Source of the DNA: Endomicrobiia bacterium
GTDB taxonomy: Bacteria; Elusimicrobiota; Endomicrobiia; DTEH01
Direction: 5' to 3'
DNA length: 64,000 nucleotides
Assembly (NCBI GenBank): GCA_039630545.1
Contig: JBCNUU010000001.1
Coordinates: forward strand, 128,001-192,000
Shown: in pieces, positions 19,280-30,674 of the stretch
How positions within the stretch are numbered: position 1 is the first letter of the stretch
How the letters are laid out: the number at the start of each line of letters is the position of its first letter
Notes under the pieces: model-generated
Database searches by the model: none
What the model was told of the DNA's origin: nothing
Seen by the model: only the letters and a program-made list of their open reading frames with translations
Program-made: the position numbers and the translations under genes

Positions 19280-20698
19280 ATGAAAGAAACAATTTTTAGA
19301 GAGTATGATATTCGTGGAGTGTATCCTGAAGATATAAACAAAGATGTTGCATATAAGATTTCTTTAGCATTTTCAAAATATCTTACAGAAACTATAAAAA
19401 AAACAGAAGACATATGGGTGTGTGTAGGTATGGATGTTCGTAAGAGTTCTCCTGAAATTAAAGAAGGAGTTATTTCTGGATTTGTTGACTCAGGAATAAA
19501 TGTAATAGATATAGATATGGTTCCTACGCCGGTTTTATATTTTTCTTTATTTACAAAACTTATTCCTGTAGATAAGAAAATAAGCCAGCCAGATGGTGGA
19601 GTTATGATAACAGCATCACATAATCCGCCAGAATTTAACGGGATGAAACTTTGTGTAGGCCCCTATGCTTTGTATGGAGAAAAGATAAAAGAAATTTTCA
19701 AGATTGCGATTTCTCAAAATTTTATAACGTCAAAGAAAAAAGGTCAAGTGGTAAAGTATGATATTGTATCTGACTATGTTTGCTTTTTAACAGGGCATTT
19801 TTACAAACTTAAAAAGTTATTTTCTGAATTTAAAAAACCTGTTTTTGCTGTGGACTGTGGAAATGGAACAGCAGGTCCTGTAATAAAAAAGATACTAGAT
19901 AATTTAGAAATAAATTATATCCCTCTATTTTTTGAACCAGATGGAAACTTTCCAAATCACCATCCTGATCCAACTGTTCCTGAATATGTAAAAGAACTTT
20001 CAAACACAGTAAAGAAGAAAAAACTTTTATGTGGCATAGGTTATGATGGTGACTCAGATCGTCTTGGTGCAGTGGACAGCAAAGGAGAAGTTGTATATGG
20101 TGATAAATTACTTCTTTTGTTTTCAAAATATGTGATAAAAGAATTTGGTGCTAAACATAAGTTTATCGGTGAAGTTAAATGTTCTCAAGTTTTATATGAT
20201 GGGATTAAAAAACTTGGAGGGCAACCGATAATCTATAGAACAGGTCATTCTTTAATAAAAGAAAAAATGAAAAAAGAAGGTGCACTTCTTGCAGGTGAAA
20301 TGTCAGGACATATGTTTTTTAACGATAGATACTTTGGTTATGATGATGCAATTTATGCTTCTTTAAGGTTGTTAGAAATTATTGGGTTAGAGAAGAAACC
20401 ACTTGATAAAATCATAAGTTTTATACCAAAAACTTACAACACTCCTGAGATAAGAGTAGAATCTTCTGATGAGAAAAAATTTGAAATAGTAGAAAAACTA
20501 AAACAAGAGCTTAAAAAACTAAAAATGAAATTTATTGATATTGATGGAGTAAGAGTTCAGTTTCCAGACGGTGGTTTTGGGCTTGTAAGAGCATCCAACA
20601 CACAGCCGGTGTTGGTTTTACGGTTTGAAGCAAAAACACCAAAACTGCTTGAACATCATAAGAAGTTTGTAATGGAATTGTTGAAAAAAATAAAATAA
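19280..20698 (+). CDS. Phosphomannomutase/phosphoglucomutase
   Basis: FREYDIRG, TASHNP, DGDSDR, GEMSGH, RASNTQP. Confidence 0.96.
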   Translation: MKETIFREYDIRGVYPEDINKDVAYKISLAFSKYLTETIKKTEDIWVCVGMDVRKSSPEIKEGVISGFVDSGINVIDIDMVPTPVLYFSLFTKLIPVDKKISQPDGGVMITASHNPPEFNGMKLCVGPYALYGEKIKEIFKIAISQNFITSKKKGQVVKYDIVSDYVCFLTGHFYKLKKLFSEFKKPVFAVDCGNGTAGPVIKKILDNLEINYIPLFFEPDGNFPNHHPDPTVPEYVKELSNTVKKKKLLCGIGYDGDSDRLGAVDSKGEVVYGDKLLLLFSKYVIKEFGAKHKFIGEVKCSQVLYDGIKKLGGQPIIYRTGHSLIKEKMKKEGALLAGEMSGHMFFNDRYFGYDDAIYASLRLLEIIGLEKKPLDKIISFIPKTYNTPEIRVESSDEKKFEIVEKLKQELKKLKMKFIDIDGVRVQFPDGGFGLVRASNTQPVLVLRFEAKTPKLLEHHKKFVMELLKKIK

Positions 20699-20726
20699 AA
20701 AAATGCCCGGTCATTCAAGACCGGGC
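20697..20726 (-). terminator. Intrinsic terminator between convergent pmm and hsp20
   Basis: GCCCGGTC-ATTCAA-GACCGGGC; A-run at 20697-20703 gives a U-tract on the minus strand. Confidence 0.8.
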
Positions 20727-20751
20727 TATCTATATTTTTTGTAAGATTTTT

Positions 20752-21198
20752 TTATTCTATTTCAATTTTTGTAGATTTTTCTTTTGCTTCTTTTGTTTTT
20801 GGCAGTGTAAGTTCTAACACACCATTGTTGTATTTTGCCTTTATAGCTTTTTTATCAATTTCAGCAGGTAGTCTTAAACTGCGGACAAACTCGCCATATG
20901 ACCTTTCTGCATAGTAGTAATTTTTGTCTTTCTTTTCCTGTTCCTGTTTTCTTGTAGCTTTTATGGTTAACACATCGTCAGTTATATTTATATCTATATC
21001 TTTCTTTTCAAACCCGGGAAGTTCAGCTTCAACAACATATTTGTTTTCATCTTCCCATACATCTATTTTAGGAAGATTTACACTTTCAGATGGTAGTTCT
21101 ATATCCCAATCCTCAAAGAATCTTTTTAGCCTTTGAAGTGGCTTAAAAGCTTGTTCAATTGTTTTTTCAAAATCATCTAATGGTTTTATGAGTTTCAT
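20752..21198 (-). CDS. Hsp20/alpha-crystallin small heat shock protein
   Basis: PKIDVWE, AELPG, ERSYGEFVRSLRLP, AKYNNGVLELTLPK, IEIE; SD AAGGAGGTG before ATG at 21198. Confidence 0.95.
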   Translation of the reverse strand: MKLIKPLDDFEKTIEQAFKPLQRLKRFFEDWDIELPSESVNLPKIDVWEDENKYVVEAELPGFEKKDIDINITDDVLTIKATRKQEQEKKDKNYYYAERSYGEFVRSLRLPAEIDKKAIKAKYNNGVLELTLPKTKEAKEKSTKIEIE

Positions 21199-21377
21199 GG
21201 TTATCACCTCCTTTTCATAAAGTTTTTAAAATTTGTATTTTTGCTTTAACTTTTTTTCCATAAATTATAGATGCATAAGACAATTTTTAGGTTTCACTTT
21301 ATCACTGTTAATAAGTTGATTTTTTGTAATAAATTTTGTATTTAGAAAAAAACTTTTTGAAACAACGGGGAGGATAT

Positions 21378-21968
21378 ATGATTACACATTTGACTTACTC
21401 AAGGTATCTTAGCCAGAATATTCTCAAAATCTCAACTCCACTACAGAAATTTATATACATAATTTTTATATCTCTATTTGGAAGTTTTTTGTTAGCAGTA
21501 TCCTCAAAGATAAATTTTGTTTTGCCTTTTACTTTTGTGCCTTTCACTATGCAGACTTTTGTGGTTCTTCTTTTATCAATGATGTTTGGAAGAGAGGTTA
21601 TATACATTCTTATATCCTATGTTTTTGAGGGTATAGTTGGTCTTCCTGTTTTTGCAAAGGGTGGTGGTGTATTGTATATTTTAGGACCTACAGGAGGATA
21701 TATTGTGGGTTTTTTAATTTCTGGTTATATTTGTGGTTTACTTGCTGAAGCTGGTTTCACAAAAAGTTTTCTTAAGACGATTTCTGTTATGATTTTAGGG
21801 ATTTTAATTATATATTTTTGTGGTGCCTTGTGGTTGTTAAGATTTGTTAATTTTAGTATTAAGCAAGCGTTAAAAATTGGGGTTTTGCCTTTTATAATAG
21901 GTGATTTAATAAAAATTATTTTTGTTTCTTTTGTTTTACCTTTAAGTTATAAAAGAATCAATAATTAA
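21378..21968 (+). CDS. bioY: Biotin transporter S-component
   Basis: VPFTMQT, GLPVFA.G, GPTGGYIVGF, PFIIGDLIK; SD GGGAGG before 21378. Confidence 0.93.
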   Translation: MITHLTYSRYLSQNILKISTPLQKFIYIIFISLFGSFLLAVSSKINFVLPFTFVPFTMQTFVVLLLSMMFGREVIYILISYVFEGIVGLPVFAKGGGVLYILGPTGGYIVGFLISGYICGLLAEAGFTKSFLKTISVMILGILIIYFCGALWLLRFVNFSIKQALKIGVLPFIIGDLIKIIFVSFVLPLSYKRINN

Positions 21969-22050
21969 TTAATTAATCCTGTAAATTAAGTCTTTACTCC
22001 TCAACAAGCACTTTTCAGATAAAATTTGTTTATTTTAAACTTTTAATTTT

Positions 22051-24897
22051 ATGGATAAAATAGTAATCATTGGAGCCAAAGAACATAACCTCAAAAATAT
22101 AAATCTGGAATTACCTAAAAACAAACTTATTGTAATTACCGGCCTTTCTGGTTCAGGAAAATCATCCTTAGCTTTTGATACGATTTACGCTGAAGGACAA
22201 AGAAGATATGTTGAATCTCTTTCTGCATACGCAAGACAGTTTTTGCCTTTAATGGATAAACCTGAAGTTGACAAAATCGAGGGTTTGTCCCCAGCTATTT
22301 CAATCCAGCAACGTGCTCTATCCCACAATCCACGCTCTACAGTAGGCACAACCACGGAAATTTATGATTACATGCGTCTTCTGTATGCAAGAATAGGAAA
22401 GGTATTTTGTCCTAACTGTGAAGATCACCCCCAGATAAGATCTACTTCTGTTTCTCAAATAGTAGAAGAAGTTTTTAAAAAATACGAAGGTCAAAAAGCT
22501 TTTATATGTTCACCTGTGGTCCGAGGAAGGATTGGAACTTATCAGGAGCTTATTAATAAAATATTAAAAGATGGTTTTATTCGTATAAGAATAGACGGAA
22601 AAATTTATGATCTGGATGATACACCACCACAAAAAATCAAACTTGATAGATACAAAAAACATAATATAGAAATTGTAGTAGATAGTCTAACTATAAACCA
22701 ACAAAATAAATCTCGTATTGTTGACTCTATAGAAATTGCTCTAAAAAAATCTCAAGGGTTGCTACTTTTGCTTTTCCCTAAGGGAAACTCAAACAATTAT
22801 ATAGAACAAATTTACTCAGAGCATTTTAGTTGTGTAAATTGTGGTTATAGTTTACCTATGTTAGAACCAAGGATGTTTTCGTTTAACTCACCTTATGGGG
22901 CCTGTCCGTCCTGTGATGGTCTTGGGCACAAATTAGAAATAGATCCTGATCTTGTGGTTCCAGATAAAAACATTTCTGTTAAAGAAGGCGCTATAAAACC
23001 ATTTGATGAACCTATTACTACAAGAACTCATAGATGGAGATCTTCCTGGAGAAGTTACTATGAAGAGATACTGGAAGAGGTAGCAGAAAGACATAAAATT
23101 GACCTTTCAAAACCTTTTAATAAGCTATCTAAGGAACATCAAAAAATAATTCTATACGGTGACGGAATATTTGAAGGTGTAATACCACATCTTCAAAGAA
23201 GATATCAGGAAACTGATTCTGAATATGTTAAAGAAGAAATTTATAATAAATATATAAGCAAAGTTGTTTGTAATACCTGCCAAGGCAAAAGATTAAAAAA
23301 AGAAAGTTTATATGTAAAAATTAATACAAAAAATAAGGGATTTCTTAACATAGCAGAGATGAGTGCTTTTTCAGTAAAAGAATTTAAAGAAGTTATAAAT
23401 AATTTAGCAATTTCAGATCAAGAACAAGAAATTGCCAGACCAATATTAAAAGAAATAAATCACAGGATAAATTTTTTAATTTCTGTCGGTATTGACTACA
23501 TAACTTTGGATAGAGAGACTTCAACTTTAGCCGGTGGAGAAGCACAAAGAATCCATCTTGCTACCCAGATTGGTTCTGGACTTACGGGTGTTCTGTATGT
23601 TTTAGATGAACCAACAGTAGGACTTCATCCTAGAGATACGCAAAGGTTAATAGATGCGATGAAGTCATTAAGAGATATAGGTAATACATTGATTGTAGTA
23701 GAACACGATGAAAATGTGATAAGACAGTCTGACTTCATAGTAGATTTAGGACCAAAAGCCGGGATTCATGGTGGAGAGGTTGTTGCTTGTGGTAATCTTA
23801 AGGAGCTTCTTGAAGAAGATTCGAAAGTTAAAAATTCTCTTACCTTGCGATATTTAAAAAAAGAACTGAAAATAGAAATAAATTCTAAAAAAAGAAAACC
23901 TAAAGGTAAATCAATAAAAATTATTGGAGCTAAACAGTTTAATTTGAAAAATATAGATGTAGAAATTCCTTTGGGTTTATTTGTATGCGTTTGTGGAGTT
24001 TCAGGTTCAGGTAAGTCTACTTTAGTAAATGAGATTTTATATAAAGCCTTAGCTAAGAAACTATATGGAAGCAAAGAAGAACCAGGAATACATGATAAAA
24101 TAGAAGGTGTAGAATATATCGACAAAGTGATAGTTGTGGATCAATCTCCAATTGGTAGAACTCCAAGATCAAATCCTGCAACTTATACAGGTGTGTTTAC
24201 TTACATTAGAGAACTCTTTTCTCAGACACCAGAAGCAAAAAGAAGAGGTTACCTTCCTGGAAGATTTTCTTTTAATGTTAAAGGTGGAAGATGTGAGAAC
24301 TGTCAGGGTGATGGGGTATTAAAAATTGAGATGCAATTTTTACCTGATGTCTATGTGAAGTGCGATGTATGTGGTGGTAAAAGATTTAACGAGGAGACCC
24401 TTCAGGTAAAATATAAGGACAAAAATATTTATGAAGTGTTAGAAATGACTGTTGAGGAAGCGTTAGATTTTTTTGGTAATGTAAATAGAATAAGAGAAAT
24501 TCTTTCAGTTATAAATGAAGTAGGTCTGGGGTACATAAAACTTGGGCAGCCTGCTACTACCCTTTCAGGTGGAGAAGCTCAAAGGATTAAATTAGCAGCA
24601 GAGTTATGTCGTAGATCTACAGGAAAAACCTTGTATATCCTAGATGAACCAACCACAGGACTTCATTATGCTGATGTAGAAAAACTGCTTAATGTTCTTC
24701 ATAAACTTGTGGATTTAGGTAATACAGTAGTCGTAATAGAACATAATTTAGAGGTTATAAAGACAGCAGACTGGATTATAGATTTAGGTCCAGAAGGGGG
24801 GGATGCAGGAGGATATGTGGTTTATTGTGGTCCATTTGAGGGGTTGTTGAAATTAAGAAATTCTTATACTGCTGAATATTTAAGAAAAGTGTTATAG
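22051..24897 (+). CDS. uvrA: Excinuclease ABC subunit A
   Basis: GAKEHNLKN, two GxSGSGKS motifs, EGQRRY, zinc fingers, LSGGEAQR. Confidence 0.98.
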   Translation: MDKIVIIGAKEHNLKNINLELPKNKLIVITGLSGSGKSSLAFDTIYAEGQRRYVESLSAYARQFLPLMDKPEVDKIEGLSPAISIQQRALSHNPRSTVGTTTEIYDYMRLLYARIGKVFCPNCEDHPQIRSTSVSQIVEEVFKKYEGQKAFICSPVVRGRIGTYQELINKILKDGFIRIRIDGKIYDLDDTPPQKIKLDRYKKHNIEIVVDSLTINQQNKSRIVDSIEIALKKSQGLLLLLFPKGNSNNYIEQIYSEHFSCVNCGYSLPMLEPRMFSFNSPYGACPSCDGLGHKLEIDPDLVVPDKNISVKEGAIKPFDEPITTRTHRWRSSWRSYYEEILEEVAERHKIDLSKPFNKLSKEHQKIILYGDGIFEGVIPHLQRRYQETDSEYVKEEIYNKYISKVVCNTCQGKRLKKESLYVKINTKNKGFLNIAEMSAFSVKEFKEVINNLAISDQEQEIARPILKEINHRINFLISVGIDYITLDRETSTLAGGEAQRIHLATQIGSGLTGVLYVLDEPTVGLHPRDTQRLIDAMKSLRDIGNTLIVVEHDENVIRQSDFIVDLGPKAGIHGGEVVACGNLKELLEEDSKVKNSLTLRYLKKELKIEINSKKRKPKGKSIKIIGAKQFNLKNIDVEIPLGLFVCVCGVSGSGKSTLVNEILYKALAKKLYGSKEEPGIHDKIEGVEYIDKVIVVDQSPIGRTPRSNPATYTGVFTYIRELFSQTPEAKRRGYLPGRFSFNVKGGRCENCQGDGVLKIEMQFLPDVYVKCDVCGGKRFNEETLQVKYKDKNIYEVLEMTVEEALDFFGNVNRIREILSVINEVGLGYIKLGQPATTLSGGEAQRIKLAAELCRRSTGKTLYILDEPTTGLHYADVEKLLNVLHKLVDLGNTVVVIEHNLEVIKTADWIIDLGPEGGDAGGYVVYCGPFEGLLKLRNSYTAEYLRKVL

Positions 24898-24903
24898 ATT
24901 TGA

Positions 24904-26094
24904 ATGAAAAATTATTCATATATCTACAGAAATACCAAGAAAGAACTGCATGGTTGGTATGTGGTAGATAATCGTAAAGAATGTACTGCTGAGAGATTGC
25001 TTGTAAATCCTTATAATGGTTGTTCTGTTGGATGTTTTTTTTGTTATGCAAGAGCCCTTCCGGGTAATTTTGAAGAGTACCATAAAGAAAATAAAATTTT
25101 TATCTTTGAAAATTTTCCAGAAGTAGTTGATAAACAACTTTCTGAACTTTGTGTGGCTAGTTGTGGATATTTAAGTCCTGTTACGGATCCATTTCAAGAA
25201 ATAGAAAAAAAGGAAAACATTTCAAAAAAAATTATAGAGATTTTTTTAAAGTATAATATACCAGTAGAGTTTATTACAAAATGTGAAATTCCTCAACAGA
25301 TAATAGAACTCATAAGACCATCATTTAACGAAGATAAAACTTCTTGTAAAAAACATTGTTTTGGCCAGGTGAGTATAATAACTATTGATGAAAATTTAAG
25401 AAAAATTTTATCTCCTGGTGGAGCATCTGTTGAAGTTCTCTTTGAAAATCTTGCAAAGCTGGCAAAAAACAAAATTTTTGCGGTATGCAGGATAGATCCA
25501 ATTTTTCCTTTCATTACAGATAAAAAAGAACATCTTAAAGAAATAGTTATCAGAGCAAAAGATAATGGAGCAAATCATATTATAGCAAGTGTTCTTGATA
25601 TTCCACTAAAAATCTATGATTTTATACTGGGAAATATCAAAAAATATTTTGGAACATCTGTTTATTATGATTACAAAAATTTATATATTGAAAAGATAGG
25701 ATATCTTAATGCAAAGCTTGACTATAGATTAAAAGTGTTTGATTATTTAAGAAATCTATGTGATAAGTATAACTTAAGTTTTGCTTTGTGTATGGAATAT
25801 AAAGTAGAAAAAATTACGAAAGAAATTCTGGAAGAAAAAGTTTATTACGAAGGACTAAATAAAATGTTTATGTCATCTGTTAATTGTGAGGGAATAAATA
25901 TTCCTATATATATAAGAAAACCCGGAGAAAGAAAGTTTTATCCAGCCGCAGATTGTAATGGAGCATGTTTAAACTGCAAAGATGCCATCTGTGGTATAAA
26001 AGAACTTGCGCAAGCAAAAACTTCTCCTAAAGGTTTAAAGCTAAAAGATTATAAAAACTTCACAAAAATTTTCAAACAGGAAGTATTATTTTAA
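24904..26094 (+). CDS. Radical SAM protein (spore photoproduct lyase-like)
   Basis: NPYNGCSVGCFFCYA (CxxxCxxC), TDPFQ, ITK, RIDPI; Cys-rich C-terminus. Confidence 0.85.
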   Translation: MKNYSYIYRNTKKELHGWYVVDNRKECTAERLLVNPYNGCSVGCFFCYARALPGNFEEYHKENKIFIFENFPEVVDKQLSELCVASCGYLSPVTDPFQEIEKKENISKKIIEIFLKYNIPVEFITKCEIPQQIIELIRPSFNEDKTSCKKHCFGQVSIITIDENLRKILSPGGASVEVLFENLAKLAKNKIFAVCRIDPIFPFITDKKEHLKEIVIRAKDNGANHIIASVLDIPLKIYDFILGNIKKYFGTSVYYDYKNLYIEKIGYLNAKLDYRLKVFDYLRNLCDKYNLSFALCMEYKVEKITKEILEEKVYYEGLNKMFMSSVNCEGINIPIYIRKPGERKFYPAADCNGACLNCKDAICGIKELAQAKTSPKGLKLKDYKNFTKIFKQEVLF

Positions 26095-27287
26095 TGAATT
26101 TAGTCACTATTTTATCCATATTGATAGTAGCATTATTAGTATATTTAATTTATTTATTCAAAAAACTAAATGAACAAAAACTTACAGATTTTATAACCAA
26201 GTTAGAACTCTCATCCCAGCTAGTAAATGAGTTAAAAAATTCTGTGTTTAATTCACTTGCTTTACTTCAAAATCATATTAACCAGACAATAAATCAAGTT
26301 TCTGCAACCGACAACACATTAAGAACTCAACTTGAACTTTTAAGAAACTCAATTAATGAACAGATTTCTTTTACTGTGAAGAACTTAAATATGCAGATTA
26401 AAACCACTACAGATGCGACTTCCAAGAGCCTTGAACTTGTAACACAACAGATAGATGAACGTCTTAAAGGCACAATTGAAATTTTTTCTCAGATGAGTCA
26501 GATGTTAAGTAGACTAAATTTTTTTGCTGAAGAGCTGAAGGTAAATACAGATGAATTAAATAAAATTTTAGGAGCAACAAAATTAAGAGGAAGTTTTGGA
26601 GAGGTTTTGCTTGAAAAAGTTTTACTGGATGTTTTTCCACAAGAAAAAGTAAAATTTAACTACTATGTTAATCCGCATAGCAGTGAACATGTTGAGGCGG
26701 CTGTTCTGTTTAAAGATAAAGTTTTCCCAATAGATTCTAAGTTTAATTTAGACAAAATCCGTCAGTTGGAAGAGGCTAAAGATGAAGCTTCTGTTCGACG
26801 TGCCGAAAAAGATTTAATAGAGACACTAAAAAAACAGATTGATGAAATAGCAGAGAAATATGTATTACCACAATATGGTGCAGATTATGCTTTTATGTAT
26901 ATTCCTTCAGAGTCGGGGTTTTTAAGAATTATAAATTTAAAACTAAAAGATGGAGAAAGTATTGTAAAATACGCATCAAAAAAACATGTTGTAATTGCCT
27001 CCCCACAAACCTTACTTCCTTATCTTCAATATGTTATTATTGGTATCCAGACTGAACAAATTGCAAAAAACGCCGTATATTTAAGACAGCAGATAAATTC
27101 GTTAATTATGAGTATAACTAAATTTCAAGAAAAATTTTCTACTTTAGGTAAACATATAAAAAACGCATATGAGAGATATACTGAAGTAGAAAGCGATCTT
27201 AAAATGTTAGAAATGCAAGTAAAAAACATAACAGCTATAGATACTGTCCAGCAAGAGACTTTAAAGCTTTCTGGAGATTCAAAATAA
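26094..27287 (+). CDS. rmuC: DNA recombination protein RmuC family
   Basis: N-terminal TM, coiled coil, RGSFGE, PIDSKF, AFMYIPSE, ASPQTL. Confidence 0.9.
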   Translation: MNLVTILSILIVALLVYLIYLFKKLNEQKLTDFITKLELSSQLVNELKNSVFNSLALLQNHINQTINQVSATDNTLRTQLELLRNSINEQISFTVKNLNMQIKTTTDATSKSLELVTQQIDERLKGTIEIFSQMSQMLSRLNFFAEELKVNTDELNKILGATKLRGSFGEVLLEKVLLDVFPQEKVKFNYYVNPHSSEHVEAAVLFKDKVFPIDSKFNLDKIRQLEEAKDEASVRRAEKDLIETLKKQIDEIAEKYVLPQYGADYAFMYIPSESGFLRIINLKLKDGESIVKYASKKHVVIASPQTLLPYLQYVIIGIQTEQIAKNAVYLRQQINSLIMSITKFQEKFSTLGKHIKNAYERYTEVESDLKMLEMQVKNITAIDTVQQETLKLSGDSK

Positions 27288-27291
27288 AATC

Positions 27292-28053
27292 ATGAAACTA
27301 TTAAATTTATTTAAAACTAAAAAACAACTTATTCCATTTTTAACCTGTGGATTTCCTACAAAAAAAGATACAGTTGATATTATAAAATTACTTCTGGATG
27401 AAGGTATAAGGATTATAGAAATAGGCATACCTTTTTCCGATCCTGTAGCAGATGGTCCTACGATACAGTTTTCTTCTTATGTTGCTTTAAAGAACAAAAT
27501 TACAATTAATGATGTTTTTGAAGTTGTAGACAAAACATTAAACTATGCTGAGTATTTTCCTGTACTTATGGGATATCTAAATCCTGCAGTAATATATGGT
27601 ATGGAAAGATTCATAAAAGATGCAAAAAACAGTGGAGTAAAAGGTATGATCTTTGCAGATTCGATTGTTGAAGAAAAAGATATATTTTATCAATTGACAA
27701 AAAAATATGGAATTTGTAGTATATTCTTGTTGTCTACAACAACTAAATTAGAAAGAAGAAGGTTGATATATAAATTTACTGAAGGTTTTATATACCTTAT
27801 TACTCTTAAAGGTACAACAGGAGCTAAAGAAAAACTGCCTGAAGAGTTTTATAAATTTGTCAAGATAGTAAGAAAAGAGACAGAACATCCTTTATGTGCT
27901 GGATTTGGTATTTCAAAACCCCAGCAAATTCTGCCTGTGCTTGAATATATTGATGGATTTATTGTTGGTTCTGTGATTATAGAACACCTAAAACAAGATT
28001 CCACATACAGATCTTTAAGAAATTTTATTAGAGAATTTATGAAAATACTATAA
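27292..28053 (+). CDS. trpA: Tryptophan synthase alpha subunit
   Basis: IEIGIPFSDPVADGPTIQ, LMGYLNP, GTTG, GFGIS, DGFIVGS. Confidence 0.95.
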   Translation: MKLLNLFKTKKQLIPFLTCGFPTKKDTVDIIKLLLDEGIRIIEIGIPFSDPVADGPTIQFSSYVALKNKITINDVFEVVDKTLNYAEYFPVLMGYLNPAVIYGMERFIKDAKNSGVKGMIFADSIVEEKDIFYQLTKKYGICSIFLLSTTTKLERRRLIYKFTEGFIYLITLKGTTGAKEKLPEEFYKFVKIVRKETEHPLCAGFGISKPQQILPVLEYIDGFIVGSVIIEHLKQDSTYRSLRNFIREFMKIL

Positions 28054-28062
28054 AATATCTTT

Positions 28063-29415
28063 ATGCAAAAAGAACTTTTAGATAGATTTTTAAGTTCATT
28101 TAATTTAGACAGAAAACTGATAAAATATGATATAGAAGCATGTATCGCGTGGATAACAACACTTTTTGAAAATAAAATCATAGACAAAAAACAATCATCC
28201 AGACTTATTAAAGTTTTAAAAAATTTAAAAAAACAAAAAGACCTAAAAAATATTCAAGCAGAAGATGTACACTATGCTGTAGAAAAAAAACTAGAAAGAG
28301 TTTTAAAAAAAGATAAATATCTAGCCGGAGTTATTCGTACAGCAAGAAGTAGAAATGATTTAGTTGTTTCTGATGAGAGGATGTATATAAAAGATGAGAT
28401 TAATCAAATTATAGTACTTCTTAAAAATTTAATATCTTCAATAGTAGAAGTAGCACAGAAAAATCTTGATGTTCCGATGGTAGGATACACTCATCTTCAA
28501 CCTGCACAACCTGTACTTTTTAGCCATTATATTTTGAGCTTTGCTTGGTGGTTTGTAAGAGATATTGAGAGATTTAAAGATTGTTATAAGAGAGTAGATG
28601 TTTCAACTTTAGGTGCAGCAGCTTTTGCAGGAAGTAGTTTTGAAGTTAACAGACAAAAGGTTGCAGAAAAACTAGGTTTTTTGAAGGTTTCAGAAAATTC
28701 TGTTGATAGTGTTTCAGATAGAGACTACATTATAGAATTTATTTCATGTTGTGCCATCGTAATGATACATCTTTCAAGAATAGCTGAAGAGCTAATCATC
28801 TGGTGTACTCCTAATTTTGGATATATCAGTTTACCTAAAAAGTTAACCTCGGGTTCATCAATTATGCCACAAAAGCAAAATCCTGATTATTTAGAACTAA
28901 TAAGAGGAAAAACAGCAAAAGTAATTTCGGATTTAATTGGAATTCTGGTAGTCATGAAAGCGTTACCTCTTACCTATAACAGGGATATGCAGGAAGATAA
29001 AGTTTATCTTTTTTCATCTGTCGAGACAATAAAAGATTGTCTTAGAGTTATGAGAGTAATTTTTGAAAATCTTATGGTTAATGCTCAAAGATTAAAAGAA
29101 GATATTCAAAAACACGATTTTATTTTTGCAACTGAAGTTGCTAATTTTTTAGTTGAAGAAATGAAATATCCATTTAAACTTGCTCATAAAAAAACTCAAC
29201 TTTTAATAGACTACTGTGTAAAAACAAACAAAAAACTTAAGCAATTAGGCTTAAAAGATTACAAAAAAATTGTAAGCAGAGAATTTACAATTGAAATGTT
29301 TGAAAAACTAAATCGAAAATTCAACAATTCATATTCAAATTACAAAACATTTGGTGGAAGTTCTCTACCACAGGTGAAGCGTCAAATAAAAAATATTAAA
29401 AAATTAATAGTATGA
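28063..29415 (+). CDS. argH: Argininosuccinate lyase
   Basis: EDVH, TARSRND, GYTHLQ.AQP, GSSIMPQKQNPD, YNRDMQEDK. Confidence 0.97.
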   Translation: MQKELLDRFLSSFNLDRKLIKYDIEACIAWITTLFENKIIDKKQSSRLIKVLKNLKKQKDLKNIQAEDVHYAVEKKLERVLKKDKYLAGVIRTARSRNDLVVSDERMYIKDEINQIIVLLKNLISSIVEVAQKNLDVPMVGYTHLQPAQPVLFSHYILSFAWWFVRDIERFKDCYKRVDVSTLGAAAFAGSSFEVNRQKVAEKLGFLKVSENSVDSVSDRDYIIEFISCCAIVMIHLSRIAEELIIWCTPNFGYISLPKKLTSGSSIMPQKQNPDYLELIRGKTAKVISDLIGILVVMKALPLTYNRDMQEDKVYLFSSVETIKDCLRVMRVIFENLMVNAQRLKEDIQKHDFIFATEVANFLVEEMKYPFKLAHKKTQLLIDYCVKTNKKLKQLGLKDYKKIVSREFTIEMFEKLNRKFNNSYSNYKTFGGSSLPQVKRQIKNIKKLIV

Positions 29416-30674
29416 ACATGCAACCAGTAACTCCAAAACTGATATATAAAAACAATACTCTTTATTTTGAAAATGTAGAAATTAAAAAAATCATTGAGAG
29501 ATTCTCTACACCTGTTTATGTCTATTCAAAAAATCAAATAATAGAAAACTTTCTTAATTATAAAAAGGCACTTAAACAAAGAAATCATATAATATGTTTT
29601 GCAATGAAAGCCAATTCAAACTTGCAGATTTTAAAAATAATAAAAGATCTTGGGGGAGGATGTGATGTTACAAGCGGGGGAGAAATTTTTCGCGCTTTAA
29701 ATGCAGGGATTGAGCCTAGAAAAATTGTGTATGCTGGAGTTGGTAAAACACAACAGGAGATAGAATATGCCTTAAAAAACAAAATTCTTATGTTAAATAT
29801 AGAATCAAAAGATGAAGTTTTACTTTTAGAAAAAATTGCTAAAAGAAAAAAAATAAAGATAGATATTTCTGTAAGAATTAATCCAGAAGTAACTACCACA
29901 ACTATCTCTTATATCTCTACTGGAGAAGAAGGCACAAAGTTTGGAATACCTATAAAAGAAGCTGAAAGTTTTATTAAGTATGTTAAAAACTTAAAGAATT
30001 TAAATTTAGTTGGATTACATTTTCATATTGGTTCTCAAATTTGCAATGTGAAACCTTTCGTAGAGGCAACGAAGAAAGTGACAGAATTGATAAAAAAAAT
30101 GAAACTTAAGTTAAGATATTTAGATATAGGAGGGGGATTAGGTATAAGATATAAAAATGAAACTCCTCCTACACCAGAAGAGCTGATGGATGAGTTGTTA
30201 AAACATATTCCTGAAGATTTGACAATTATATGTGAACCAGGCAGATACATTGTAGGAAACGCAGGAATACTTGTAAGTAAGGTATTATATCATAAAAATG
30301 TAAAAAATAAAAAATTTTTAATAATAGATGCAAGTATGACAGATCTTATAAGACCTGCATTCTATGATGCATACCATAATATAATTCCTTTGAACTTAAA
30401 TTTAATTAACAACTCTAAAATTAAAAAGTATGAAGTAGCTGGTCCTGTATGTGAAACATCTGATTTTTTAGGCAAAAATATACGACTTCCTGAGATATCA
30501 AATGGTGACTATGTAGTTATAGAAACAACTGGTGCTTATGGTTTTGTAATGAGTTCAAATTATAATTCAAGATTAAAAGTAGCTGAAGTGATGGTAGATG
30601 ATAATAAGTTTTATTTGATTCGTAAAAGAGATACTTATCAAGATTTAATAAACAAAGAATTAAAAGTATCATGA
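29412..30674 (+). CDS. lysA: Diaminopimelate decarboxylase
   Basis: FAMKAN, HFHIGSQ, DIGGG, EPGR, GPVCETSD, GAYG. Confidence 0.97.
   Translation: MNMQPVTPKLIYKNNTLYFENVEIKKIIERFSTPVYVYSKNQIIENFLNYKKALKQRNHIICFAMKANSNLQILKIIKDLGGGCDVTSGGEIFRALNAGIEPRKIVYAGVGKTQQEIEYALKNKILMLNIESKDEVLLLEKIAKRKKIKIDISVRINPEVTTTTISYISTGEEGTKFGIPIKEAESFIKYVKNLKNLNLVGLHFHIGSQICNVKPFVEATKKVTELIKKMKLKLRYLDIGGGLGIRYKNETPPTPEELMDELLKHIPEDLTIICEPGRYIVGNAGILVSKVLYHKNVKNKKFLIIDASMTDLIRPAFYDAYHNIIPLNLNLINNSKIKKYEVAGPVCETSDFLGKNIRLPEISNGDYVVIETTGAYGFVMSSNYNSRLKVAEVMVDDNKFYLIRKRDTYQDLINKELKVS

Noticed and set aside
21208..21377. CIRCE element for hsp20 or BirA operator for bioY
   Set aside because: Only partial half-sites without correct spacing.
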